Shown piece by piece: positions 55,750 through 64,000 of a stretch of DNA of 64,000 nucleotides. The notes under the pieces are model-generated. The model searched no databases and was not told where the DNA came from. It saw only the letters and a list, made by a program, of their open reading frames with translations. Origin of the DNA: Acidimicrobiia bacterium. Lineage in GTDB: Bacteria; Actinomycetota; Acidimicrobiia; Acidimicrobiales; JANYDT01. Positions within the stretch are counted from its first letter, which is position 1. Every line of letters begins with the position of its first letter. The translations under genes and the position numbers were made by a program. Location of the stretch: the NCBI GenBank assembly GCA_031383405.1, contig JANMZO010000266.1, positions 262 to 64,261 on the forward strand, given 5' to 3'.

Positions 55750-56000
55750 GGCGCAAGAAGCGGAACGCCCGGGTTCGCAGCGCAGAAGAGTTCATCGCCC
55801 AGGACCAGCCGAACGAACGCCATCTGCACCTCGTCGCTGGAATATTCGGGATGCCTCACCGAGATTCCCCTGCGGCTGATCTCGTGGGCCGATTGCGTCA
55901 TCTCAACCGCCATGCGTACGCGCTCCGCTCCGGTCAACCGTTGGAGAAATTCAAGTCTGAATCTTTCCGCATCCGGTGATGTATCTGACCTAATGGACAT
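55746..56000 (-). CDS. small hypothetical protein translationally coupled to the NTase gene
   Basis: 84 aa from ATG 56000 (MSIRSDTSPDAERF...). The stop overlaps the NTase start. The longer 140-aa track ORF has an implausible R/T/S-rich N-terminus and collides with the divergent gene. Confidence 0.4.
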   Translation of the reverse strand: MSIRSDTSPDAERFRLEFLQRLTGAERVRMAVEMTQSAHEISRRGISVRHPEYSSDEVQMAFVRLVLGDELFCAANPGVPLLAP

Positions 56001-56091
56001 AAGGAGGACACTACCGTCAGTGAGACAAGTCGTGGACGTTCGCACGCCGGTTGGCCGGATTTGTCGACGGATTTGTAAATATGATGAGGCC

Positions 56092-56565
56092 ATGAGCGCA
56101 CCGGTCTTTGTCATCCTGCTCGTACTGGCCCTCGCGGCAGTCAACGGGATCATTTGGATACCGGTCATCCTGTGGGTCAGAAAGAAGCGTGCCGCAGCTC
56201 TCGGAAAACTGGCTCGGGAGACGAGCGATTCCGGTGAGCGGACCGTGCGTGGGCCTGAAAGGGCGCTCTACCGGGGCGGCACGGGGAACTACTCGAGCGT
56301 CAGTGGAAACGGAATCATTCTGCTCACTGACCGACGCCTCGTGTTCGTAAAGGTGACCGGCGGTCGGGTGGAGGTGGATCTGTCGCTGCTCAGTTCGGTG
56401 CGGGAAGCGAGGGTGTTTCTGGGAAGCGCGCGGGGCGGAAGGACACACGTCGTGATCACGACCTCGGTTGGTTCCGAGATTGGGTTCATCGTCGGCGACC
56501 CGCAGGCGTGGATCGGCGTGCTGAATGCCTCCCGACCTGTTGCCGGATCGGTTGTTGAAAATTAG
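56092..56565 (+). CDS. hypothetical membrane-anchored protein with bacterial PH/GRAM-like domain
   Basis: TM segment (VFVILLVLALAAVNGIIWIPVILWV), then GIILLTDRRLVFVKV..., reminiscent of bPH domains. Weak call. Confidence 0.45.
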   Translation: MSAPVFVILLVLALAAVNGIIWIPVILWVRKKRAAALGKLARETSDSGERTVRGPERALYRGGTGNYSSVSGNGIILLTDRRLVFVKVTGGRVEVDLSLLSSVREARVFLGSARGGRTHVVITTSVGSEIGFIVGDPQAWIGVLNASRPVAGSVVEN

Positions 56566-56635
56566 ACCCGGGCCGTGAGATCGCTCACGGTCAACGCGTG
56601 TCGCCCCCGGCCGAACGGCTGGCAGACTGTGGGGC

Positions 56636-58273
56636 ATGCCTGAGTTTTCCTATCACGAGCTTCTTCCGCTGAAGAAGGACGACACGAAGTACCGGCTGAT
56701 CACGACCGAGGGCGTGTCAACGTTCGAAGCGATCGGCAAGACGTTCCTGAAGGTCGAGCCTTCAGCGATCCGCGCCCTTGCTGCTGCGGCGATCCACGAC
56801 ATCTCCCACTTGCTGCGCTCCAGCCACCTGCAGCAACTGGCCAACATTTTGGATGACGACGAGGCGAGCGCCAACGACAAGTTCGTCGCCCTCGATCTCC
56901 TGAAGAACGCCGCGATCGCGTCGGCCGGGATCCTCCCGGGTTGTCAAGACACCGGTACGGCGATAGTCAAGGGCAAGAAGGGCCAGTACGTGATGACCGG
57001 CTCCGACGACAAGGAGGCGATTGCGGGAGGCGTGTTCGACACGTTCGTCAACACCAACCTGCGTTATTCGCAGATGGCTCCCGTCAACTTCTGGGACGAG
57101 GTCAATACCGGCGACAACCTTCCGGCCGAAATCGAGATCGAATCGGTCGGCGGCGACGAGTACAACTTCCTTTTCATGACGAAGGGCGGGGGCTCAGCCA
57201 ACAAGAGCCTGCTGTTCCAGGAGACGAAGGCACTGTTGAATCCGGCCTCCTTCGCTGCATGGATGGACGAGAAGATCCGAACGCTCGGTACCGCGGCCTG
57301 CCCGCCGTACCATTTGGGAGTGGTGGTCGGCGGGACGTCGGCTGAGTACGCCTTGAAGGTGGCCAAGCTAGCGAGCGCCCGATACCTCGACACACTGCCC
57401 ACCGAAGGCAATGCATACGGCGCGGGCTACCGCGATCTGGCAATGGAAGCTGAAGTACTGAAAATCGCACAGAACACCGGCATCGGGGCCCAGTTCGGTG
57501 GCAAGTATTTCTGTCACGACGTGCGGGTGATCCGTCTGCCGCGTCACGGTGCATCATGTCCGGTGGCCCTGGCCGTTTCGTGCTCAGCCGACCGCCAGGC
57601 CAAGGGCAAGATCACGGCCGACGGCGTGTTCCTTGAGCAGTTGGAGACCGACCCGGCCCAGTTCCTGCCTGACATTACCCACGAGGAACTCCCGGGCGAG
57701 GTCGTGAAGATCGACCTCAACATGCCGATGGCCGACATCCGGGCGGAACTGTCGAAGCATCCGGTCAAGACCCGTCTTTCGCTGACGGGCACCATAGTGG
57801 TCGGGCGCGACATCGCGCATGCCAAGCTCAAAGAGCGCCTCGATGCCGGCCTCGGTCTGCCGCAGTATCTGAAAGATATGTGCATTTACTATGCCGGTCC
57901 GGCCAAGACGCCAAAAGGTTATGCCTCGGGTTCGTTTGGGCCCACTACGGCAGGTCGCATGGACTCCTATGTGGATGCTTTCCAGGAAGCTGGTGGCTCC
58001 CTGGTAATGCTCGCAAAGGGCAACCGCTCCAAAGCCGTGACCGACGCCTGCGCCAAACACGGTGGCTTCTATCTCGGCTCGATCGGCGGCCCGGCCGCCC
58101 GCCTGGCCAAGGACTGCATCACCAAGGTCGAGGTGCTCGAATATCCGGAACTGGGAATGGAAGCCGTGTGGAAGATCGACGTCGTCGACTTTCCGGCTTT
58201 CATCGTGGTCGACGACAAGGGCAACGACTTCTTCCAGTCGGTCTCCCGGCCGGTTTCTATCGGAAAGAAATAA
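56636..58273 (+). CDS. fumA: class I (Fe-S dependent) fumarate hydratase
   Basis: 545 aa. [23 protein letters not shown] and GPTTAGRMD blocks are typical of fused alpha/beta class I fumarase. Confidence 0.92.
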   Translation: MPEFSYHELLPLKKDDTKYRLITTEGVSTFEAIGKTFLKVEPSAIRALAAAAIHDISHLLRSSHLQQLANILDDDEASANDKFVALDLLKNAAIASAGILPGCQDTGTAIVKGKKGQYVMTGSDDKEAIAGGVFDTFVNTNLRYSQMAPVNFWDEVNTGDNLPAEIEIESVGGDEYNFLFMTKGGGSANKSLLFQETKALLNPASFAAWMDEKIRTLGTAACPPYHLGVVVGGTSAEYALKVAKLASARYLDTLPTEGNAYGAGYRDLAMEAEVLKIAQNTGIGAQFGGKYFCHDVRVIRLPRHGASCPVALAVSCSADRQAKGKITADGVFLEQLETDPAQFLPDITHEELPGEVVKIDLNMPMADIRAELSKHPVKTRLSLTGTIVVGRDIAHAKLKERLDAGLGLPQYLKDMCIYYAGPAKTPKGYASGSFGPTTAGRMDSYVDAFQEAGGSLVMLAKGNRSKAVTDACAKHGGFYLGSIGGPAARLAKDCITKVEVLEYPELGMEAVWKIDVVDFPAFIVVDDKGNDFFQSVSRPVSIGKK

Positions 58274-58281
58274 GTACACCT

Positions 58282-58650
58282 ATGGATCGAAAAGCCTTCA
58301 CTACATTTGGAGCCGGTCGGACCGGAGCCGAGTGCATCGACTCAACCGCTCAGCCCCTGCCTGGCGGAATCACCCGGATCGTCGAAGTCACTGCGCCCGA
58401 TGGTGTCAATCCGTCGAAACTCGGAACATATATCCAACGCTTTGCCCTCGACGGCTCACTTCCCGACGACGCATCCGAATCCGAACGGGAACTCATCAGC
58501 ACCGCTGCCTTGCACTTCGTCGACCCGTCGGTTGCCTTGGCCATCTCGATGGCCGGCACCGGTCCGGGGGAGAAGATGCGTGATCGTCTCGGGGCGACGA
58601 TCGAATCAGGGCGTCGCCCCTACCTGGTGTTCGGGATGACCGCTTTGTGA
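58282..58650 (+). CDS. hypothetical protein
   Basis: 122 aa from ATG 58282. Chosen among three overlapping frames on third-position GC bias (judged by eye). No family recognised. Confidence 0.35.
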   Translation: MDRKAFTTFGAGRTGAECIDSTAQPLPGGITRIVEVTAPDGVNPSKLGTYIQRFALDGSLPDDASESERELISTAALHFVDPSVALAISMAGTGPGEKMRDRLGATIESGRRPYLVFGMTAL

Positions 58651-58764
58651 GCGAAGGCGTGTAACGGAGAGTTCCGCGGCTCCGCTGCGGTCGATTCGGG
58701 GGTGCTGACCACGAAAGTCCCGTCGGGAAAAGGACGTTTTACCCCAGCGAAGCGGGGTCCGTTC

Positions 58765-58792
58765 GTGCAGGCTCAATGTGGTGCAGGCTCAA
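58765..58792. repeat. 12-bp direct repeat at 16-bp period (gtgcaggctcaa x2) just upstream of the usp RBS
   Basis: Read directly. Candidate regulator binding site (inference). Confidence 0.7.
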
Positions 58793-58809
58793 CGTCAGGA
58801 AAGGGAGCC

Positions 58810-59244
58810 ATGGGCACGATTATCGTGGGGTTCGACAGGTCGGAACAGAGCCTTGAAGCGCTCCGATGGGCGGCTCACGAAGCCTCGCTCCGGAAAGCGA
58901 ATCTCCGGGTTGTAACCGCATGGGAGGTGCCGTTCGATTACGACAGCACCGACCGCTCGGTCCGCCCCTATGACCGGGTGCGCCAAGACACGGTGTTGGC
59001 GGTAGCCGGCGCGATAGAGCGGGCCGTTACGGATTCTACGGTGCGAGAATCCTTAGACGTGGTGATCGAGCACGGATCCCCGACTCCGATTCTTCTGACC
59101 CAGTCGGTGGATGCGGAAATGGTCGTTGTCGGGGCCCGCGGCACAGGCGGCTTTCGCGGGTTGATCCTCGGTTCCACCACGGACAAGCTGATCCGGCATG
59201 CCAAATGCCCGGTTGTTGTTGTTCGCTCACCCGACCCCGAATAG
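58810..59244 (+). CDS. universal stress protein (UspA family)
   Basis: ATP-binding motif (GARGTGGFRGLILGSTT). AAGGGAG lies 3 nt before ATG 58810. Confidence 0.85.
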   Translation: MGTIIVGFDRSEQSLEALRWAAHEASLRKANLRVVTAWEVPFDYDSTDRSVRPYDRVRQDTVLAVAGAIERAVTDSTVRESLDVVIEHGSPTPILLTQSVDAEMVVVGARGTGGFRGLILGSTTDKLIRHAKCPVVVVRSPDPE

Positions 59245-59254
59245 GAGGCGTACC

Positions 59255-59575
59255 ATGCTCAGCGTACAAGGCGTGGCCTTCCCGGCCACCTCAAGGAGAA
59301 GCTTACGACAGGCCCAGTCCAGAAAGAAGCAGCCGGTGAACAAGTCCTGGCACAAGTGCCACCGCATGCCTCGCACTGCGAAGCTCGACGAGAGAATCGC
59401 CTGGCACATCGCGCATAAGCAGCACTGCGGTTGTCGCGAGATTCCGGCGACGATCCGCCGAAAGATGATCGAGCAGAACATCGTGGAGCATCCCGTCGGG
59501 TTCAACGTCGGTCGCGACAAAGAATTCCACCCCGATACCGATCACCTCGCCGGCCACCAGCGGCTGCCCGACTGA
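59255..59575 (+). CDS. small conserved-looking His/Cys protein (hypothetical)
   Basis: AGGAGG lies 6 nt before ATG 59255. The motif HKCHRMPRTAKLDERIAWHIAHKQHCGCREIP suggests metal binding. Confidence 0.5.
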   Translation: MLSVQGVAFPATSRRSLRQAQSRKKQPVNKSWHKCHRMPRTAKLDERIAWHIAHKQHCGCREIPATIRRKMIEQNIVEHPVGFNVGRDKEFHPDTDHLAGHQRLPD

Positions 59576-59636
59576 CCGGCTGGTCGACCGGATCCGACGG
59601 GTCTCTGCCGGTGAGACCTGTCTGACTATGGGATCT

Positions 59637-59712
59637 GGTCCGTACGGTCAACGCAGGTCCCTGCGGTTACGCAGGCCCGCACGATCGATCAGGTCCGTAC
59701 GATCAACGCAGG
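59637..59712. repeat. degenerate ~18-19-bp tandem units repeating the 3' end of the tandem-USP gene
   Basis: ggtccgtacggtcaacgcagg (59637-59657) versus ggtccgtacgatcaacgcagg (59692-59712, the last codons plus stop of the gene), with two more degenerate units between them. Confidence 0.78.
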
Positions 59713-60645
59713 GATCTCCGCATGGTGAATGACCCGAAGCGTCGTGCCTGCGACCATGGCTCCCGAACGTCGGAAACCATTCGACGCCATGGCAAGAATA
59801 CGTCCGCTTCCGCGGTTGGCATACTCGGCAATGGCACCGACGCGGTGTGACCGTCGGGCGTTAAGAACCTCGAACGTTACCCTGCAGGGTTGATCGGCCA
59901 TCAGACTCTCAGCCACATGTTCGAGGTATGCGACGTCGAGGGCGTCGGGCGTGGCAGCATCGCCGGCATAGCTCGTGAGGAAGTCGATTCGGTGGTTTGT
60001 CGAGTCCTGCGGATCGATCACCTGGATCAACTCGACCGTTGCGTCGAAGAATTGCGCCCATTCAACTGCGACCCTGAGCGAGGACTCCGCAGCTTTTGAC
60101 CCATCGAGCGGCACGATGATGGAGGCGATCGGACCCTGCCACATCGGGTTCGTGCGCGGGCCGACCACAACAAACGGGCGTGCGGCAAAGCGGAGAACAT
60201 CAGTCGTTACCGAACCGGGGAGTCCAATGATGCTCGTGCCGCCGGCCAGTACGACAAGTGCGTCAGGCCGGTTGACAAGGTCGAGAATGAAGGCAGACGG
60301 GTCACCTCCTTCGGCAATGTTGGTCAGGACCGGAATACCTTTCAGCCGGAGCGCGAGGAGGTGTACCAGACGGGCCCGCTCGGCCAGGTGCTTGGAGTCG
60401 AACAACATTGACGCAACCTCGATGTCGCAGCCCAGGTGCTGGGCCAGGTCCCTCGCTATCGGTACGCTCCTTTCGTTGGGTGTGTGTCCGTTGATCGGTA
60501 CGACTACGTGTCTGAACAACGTGGGCGTAGGCGTCGAGTGGTCGGTGGTCGCACCCGCTACAGGCTCGTGGCTCAATTGATCATGAGCTAGCGAAACCGC
60601 AGTTGTCGGCGTTTGTAGTCGTGTTTGCTGTCGTGGTGATTTCAT
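59689..60645 (-). CDS. tandem-domain universal stress protein
   Basis: 318 aa with two Usp-like halves (VVVPINGH.., IIVPLDGS..). Confidence 0.78.
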   Translation of the reverse strand: MKSPRQQTRLQTPTTAVSLAHDQLSHEPVAGATTDHSTPTPTLFRHVVVPINGHTPNERSVPIARDLAQHLGCDIEVASMLFDSKHLAERARLVHLLALRLKGIPVLTNIAEGGDPSAFILDLVNRPDALVVLAGGTSIIGLPGSVTTDVLRFAARPFVVVGPRTNPMWQGPIASIIVPLDGSKAAESSLRVAVEWAQFFDATVELIQVIDPQDSTNHRIDFLTSYAGDAATPDALDVAYLEHVAESLMADQPCRVTFEVLNARRSHRVGAIAEYANRGSGRILAMASNGFRRSGAMVAGTTLRVIHHAEIPALIVRT

Positions 60646-61808
60646 ACACTCACTCCGGTTCGGGAGTCGAAGAAATGCAGGTGGGTCATGTCAACCGCGA
60701 TGTCAATGGTGTCGCCGTCATTAACGCTCGTGCGGGGATCGAAGGTTCCGACAAAGTCGGCTCCGAGTGGTGTGCCCGTCGCGATGTCAGAGCGCCCCTC
60801 GGCGAGTACGGGTTTTGCATCTACCCCGAAATGCACCATCGTTTGCGATCCGAGTTCCTCGACGATGTCGATCTTCGCCTTTAGGGTGCAACTCGGGTCA
60901 GCCGTTATTAGGCGGGCATCTTCCAGGTGCTCCGGCCGAATCCCCACCGTTATCGCCAAACCGTCGGCCGTCAGTTCGCGAAGGCCGGGATGACGGTCAT
61001 ACGTATCGGTGTCGAGACGCAGACGTTGACTACCCAGGTGAACCCACAAACCGTCGCCATTGTTTCTGATTGTTGCCTGCACGAGGTTCATGGCGGGTGA
61101 TCCGACGAACGCGGCAACGAAAGCGTTGACCGGTTCGTTGTACACCTCCTTTGGCGTGCCGACCTGGAGAACCTCTCCGTCGCGCATCACGGCGACGCGA
61201 TCGCCCATCGTCATTGCTTCAACCTGGTCGTGCGTGACGTAGATCATTGTGGCGCCGAGTCGTCGCTGCAGGAGCCCGATCTCAGATCGCATATGCACGC
61301 GAAGCTTCGCGTCGAGATTTGACAGGGGCTCGTCCATGAGAAACACCTTCGGTTCCCGGACCAGGGCCCGCCCCATCGCGACGCGTTGACGCTGACCGCC
61401 GGACAGCTGTTTCGGCTTGCGGTCGAGGACCTCGGTCAGCCCCAGAAGTTCGGTGGCTGAGGCGACGCGGCGTTCGATTTCCTCTTCCGGGAGTCTGTGC
61501 AGGCGAAGGCCGAACTCGATGTTCTCACGTACGCTCAGATGCGGGTAGAGCGCGTAGCTCTGGAAGACCATGGCGATATCGCGCTCGCGGGGAGGAACCT
61601 CATTGACCACCACGCCGTCTATGAGCACGTCTCCGGCCGTCGGCGCATCGAGCCCGGCGAGGATTCGCAGGAGTGTCGACTTCCCGCATCCCGAGGGTCC
61701 GACGAGCACCATGAGCTCGCCGTCGGGGATCGTCAACGAGAAGTCCTTCACCGCAACGAATCCATTGTCGAATGTCTTCGCGACATGGCGAAACTCAACG
61801 GTGGCCAT
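60642..61808 (-). CDS. sugar ABC transporter ATP-binding protein (MalK/UgpC/MsiK-like)
   Basis: Walker A (GPSGCGKST), signature (LSGGQRQRVAMGRAL) and Walker B (FLMDEPLSNLD), plus a TOBE-like C-terminus. I chose ATG 61808 (MATVEF). Confidence 0.88.
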   Translation of the reverse strand: MATVEFRHVAKTFDNGFVAVKDFSLTIPDGELMVLVGPSGCGKSTLLRILAGLDAPTAGDVLIDGVVVNEVPPRERDIAMVFQSYALYPHLSVRENIEFGLRLHRLPEEEIERRVASATELLGLTEVLDRKPKQLSGGQRQRVAMGRALVREPKVFLMDEPLSNLDAKLRVHMRSEIGLLQRRLGATMIYVTHDQVEAMTMGDRVAVMRDGEVLQVGTPKEVYNEPVNAFVAAFVGSPAMNLVQATIRNNGDGLWVHLGSQRLRLDTDTYDRHPGLRELTADGLAITVGIRPEHLEDARLITADPSCTLKAKIDIVEELGSQTMVHFGVDAKPVLAEGRSDIATGTPLGADFVGTFDPRTSVNDGDTIDIAVDMTHLHFFDSRTGVSV

Positions 61809-62108
61809 ACTCATCCCCCCGAATGGGACACGGTTCGCTTCGCTGGAAACACACGTGTTGCATGAGACAGTTGTCGCGCTCACAATAGTGCTTAGCTACG
61901 CTCGAAGGCCCCCTTCCTGTGCGACCTAGGTCCCGAGGAGAGTAACGGCCCTCCCACACAAAGACGGTGCGGCCGACCTGGCGAGGAGGGGGTCGGCGGG
62001 ACCATGGTCCAGCGCGTCGCCGACGTGCGACCCTTCAGCCTTCGCGTCCCGTTCGGGCAAGATCAGGATGACAAACCATGTGCTGCGAGTGCTGCGAGAG
62101 AGGCTGCG

Positions 62109-62891
62109 ATGAACGCGAAGAAGCCGCTACGACGGGTCGAGATCCATCGGACAATCATCAGCGAGACCGTTTCCCTTTCCGTGGTCGGTCGAGAGGATGC
62201 ACTGGCAGACGACTCACTTGGAACAGGGGTCAGGAACGCAGATTTGGCCGACGTGGTTCGTACAACTCTCGGTCCGCTGATGAAGCACCTCGACCTTCCG
62301 AGAATCCACGTCATGGCCGAGGGCCGTCGAGTGCTCCTGCACGGCGACGTCGCCCGTGAGACCGACGCCTTGGCGATCGAGAGAGCGGTTGAGCAGCTTC
62401 CCGACGTTGAGGTCGTCGAATCGCATCTCCATGTGGGCCTCGTTCCGGGCGACACTCGCCCTTCCGAGGGAAGCCATGCGCCGTCGGCAATGATGACGGC
62501 ATTGCTGCAGGCGGCGGACTCGGTCGGAATTCACGGAGCGCCGGGCCGGTCCGCCGCCTGGGGCGCGCTCAGTGCAATCCTGGAGCAGGTGCCGTCACCG
62601 GAACGCCAACATGTGTTCAGTCACCTGCCGGCCGATGTCTGCGCGTTTGTGAGACCCCGGCGACATTTCGGCGACGAGCAACTGCACTGGCAGACCGAAC
62701 TTCAGCTCGATGCTGCGACGGCCCTGCGCGGTGGCATTTCGCTTGAGGAGTCGGCAAAGCTCGTACCGCTCGTCATCCGGGTACTGAAGAAGTTCGTTCC
62801 CGAAGAAGCTCAGGACATACAGGCCACCCTTCACACGCAATTGAAACAACTGTGGGGCGCTACGGAGCCGGACGGCACCGACCCGTCCTGA
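62109..62891 (+). CDS. BON domain + DUF2267-like protein
   Basis: BON-like segment (IHVMAEGRRVLLHGDVARETDALAIERAVEQLPDVEVVESHL), then two helical DUF2267-like halves (..HLPADVCAFV.., ..TLHTQLKQLW). Confidence 0.55.
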   Translation: MNAKKPLRRVEIHRTIISETVSLSVVGREDALADDSLGTGVRNADLADVVRTTLGPLMKHLDLPRIHVMAEGRRVLLHGDVARETDALAIERAVEQLPDVEVVESHLHVGLVPGDTRPSEGSHAPSAMMTALLQAADSVGIHGAPGRSAAWGALSAILEQVPSPERQHVFSHLPADVCAFVRPRRHFGDEQLHWQTELQLDAATALRGGISLEESAKLVPLVIRVLKKFVPEEAQDIQATLHTQLKQLWGATEPDGTDPS

Positions 62892-62979
62892 GGTAGTTCG
62901 CCATGGGGTCGCCGGGTCTTTTGACCCTGGAAGCTCAAGTGTCCGGGCGTCAAGGTTGAACTGAAAGCGAGGCAACGTC

Positions 62980-64000
62980 ATGGCGAACCAGAAGTCGGGT
63001 CGGTCGAAGCCGAATCTGGCTAATCGAATCGTGATTCTCGGTGGTGGCACCGGTGGAACGCTTACGGCCAACCGCCTCCGGCACCACTACTGGCGACCGG
63101 AAACCAAGATCACCGTCGTTGACCAGAACAACACCCATGTCTACCAACCGGGGCTGTTGTTCGTGCCCTTCGGACTCGCCCACGATGATGAGATCGTCCG
63201 TTCCCGCCAGCGGCAGCTGAAAAAGGGGATCGAGTTTGTCGAGCAGGGTATCGACTGGGTGGATCTCGACCGGAATACCGTGGTTCTCGCCGATGGCTCG
63301 GAACTCCCGTACGACGTGCTCGTCGTGGCGACCGGCGCGACGCTGACCTTGAGCGAAACCGAGGGTCTGAGCGGTGAAGGCTGGAACAAGAAGGTGTTCA
63401 CGTTCTACGACCTGCCCGGAGCCGTCGCGCTCGCACGGGCGTTGGAGCGGTTCGAACGTGGCCGCCTTGTCGTGAATGTCGTCGACATGCCGATCAAATG
63501 TCCGGTGGCCCCACTCGAGTTCTGCTTCCTGGCCGATTCCTATTTCATCGAGCGCGGCATCCGCGACAGGGTCGAGTTGATATACGCGACCCCACTCGAC
63601 GCGGCCTTCACCAAGCCCGTCGCAGCTGGAAAGCTGAAAGGGCTCTTGGCCGAGAAGAACATCGAACTGATCACCGAGTTCAACACGGGTGAAGTCGATG
63701 GGGCATCCGGAAAACTGATTGCATACGACGGTCGTGAGGTGCCCTTCGACCTGGCGGTGGTCGTTCCCCTCCATAGCGGAGCCGACTATGTGGGTCGATC
63801 CCCCGGCCTCGGTGACGACCTCAACTTCGTGCCGACCGACCCGGCCACGCTCCAATCGAAAGCGCGACCCAACGTGTTCGCCATCGGCGACGCGACGAAC
63901 GTTCCGGCGTCGAAAGCCGGCTCGGTAACCCACTTCGAGGGTGAGGTGCTGGTGCAGAACATCATCGCCTTCTTCGAAGGTGAGGATCTCGACACGAGTT
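62980..64000 (+). CDS. FAD-dependent pyridine nucleotide-disulfide oxidoreductase, sulfide:quinone oxidoreductase (SQR)-like, 3' partial
   Basis: I translated this frame by hand. From ATG 62980 it stays open to the window end (340 codons). It shows IVILGGGTGGTLTANRL Rossmann, MPIKCPVAPLEF and FAIGDATNVPASKAGS motifs. It is absent from the ORF track because no stop is reached. Confidence 0.8.
   Translation, partial: MANQKSGRSKPNLANRIVILGGGTGGTLTANRLRHHYWRPETKITVVDQNNTHVYQPGLLFVPFGLAHDDEIVRSRQRQLKKGIEFVEQGIDWVDLDRNTVVLADGSELPYDVLVVATGATLTLSETEGLSGEGWNKKVFTFYDLPGAVALARALERFERGRLVVNVVDMPIKCPVAPLEFCFLADSYFIERGIRDRVELIYATPLDAAFTKPVAAGKLKGLLAEKNIELITEFNTGEVDGASGKLIAYDGREVPFDLAVVVPLHSGADYVGRSPGLGDDLNFVPTDPATLQSKARPNVFAIGDATNVPASKAGSVTHFEGEVLVQNIIAFFEGEDLDTS

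Noticed and set aside
55746-56168. Small protein upstream of the NTase as a HEPN toxin (contains RRGISVRH, an R-x6-H-like string), and the longer 140-aa version of the ORF.
   Set aside because: At 84 aa it is too short for a HEPN domain, and a single R..H string is not diagnostic. The 140-aa version adds an implausible R/T/S-rich N-terminus and overlaps the divergent gene starting at 56092.
58062-58639. Alternative overlapping ORFs (58062-58583 and 58307-58639) downstream of the fumarase gene.
   Set aside because: The first is mostly inside the fumarase coding region in another frame. The second is Pro/Ser/Arg-rich. The frame starting at 58282 has the better third-position GC bias, but it is still a low-confidence call.
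58651-58809. DosR/DevR-type box upstream of the first usp gene.
   Set aside because: Only fragments (agtccc, gggaaaa, ggggtcc) are present, and they are not in the GGGAC-N-GTCCC palindromic arrangement.

Overview
High-GC (roughly 60%+) bacterial chromosome segment. Its backbone gene order is typical of Actinomycetota, and the class (possibly Acidimicrobiia-like) is only a guess. Backbone: DUF503 tail-rbfA-nrnA-truB-ribF (1-3619), rpsO-pnp-M16 peptidase-dapB (26181-32744), dapA-rnj ... ftsK (37535-43781), then icd, rsgA, a prmA fusion, class I fumarase and a stress-type cluster (USPs, BON/DUF2267, SQR-like) that runs off the 3' end. I saw no rRNA, tRNA, CRISPR array, transposase or integrase. 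The main accessory feature is a ~22.5 kb block (3620-26180) between ribF and rpsO, which are normally adjacent. It holds an orphan WXG100-like gene, a CUT1 sugar ABC operon without an ATPase, a Gfo/Idh/MocA oxidoreductase, and a GntR-coupled BMP-type ABC transporter. It also holds a tightly coupled catabolic cluster: cysteine hydrolase - allophanate hydrolase - paralogous cysteine hydrolase - DUF2877/FdrA/DUF1116 (E. coli AllH/AllF/AllG-like) - aldo/keto reductase - SsuD-like monooxygenase. I consider this cluster the best candidate for an undescribed ureido/carbamoyl-amide (biuret/triuret/oxalurate-type) nitrogen catabolic system. Other points of interest:
- a small-protein + nucleotidyltransferase TA-like pair
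- ASCH-PrmA and DsbA-MDMPI domain fusions
- an RG-rich PNPase tail
- several intergenic spacers built from tandem copies, including duplicated 3' ends of tag and a USP gene

All functional calls come from reading motifs in the supplied translations, and no database search was run.
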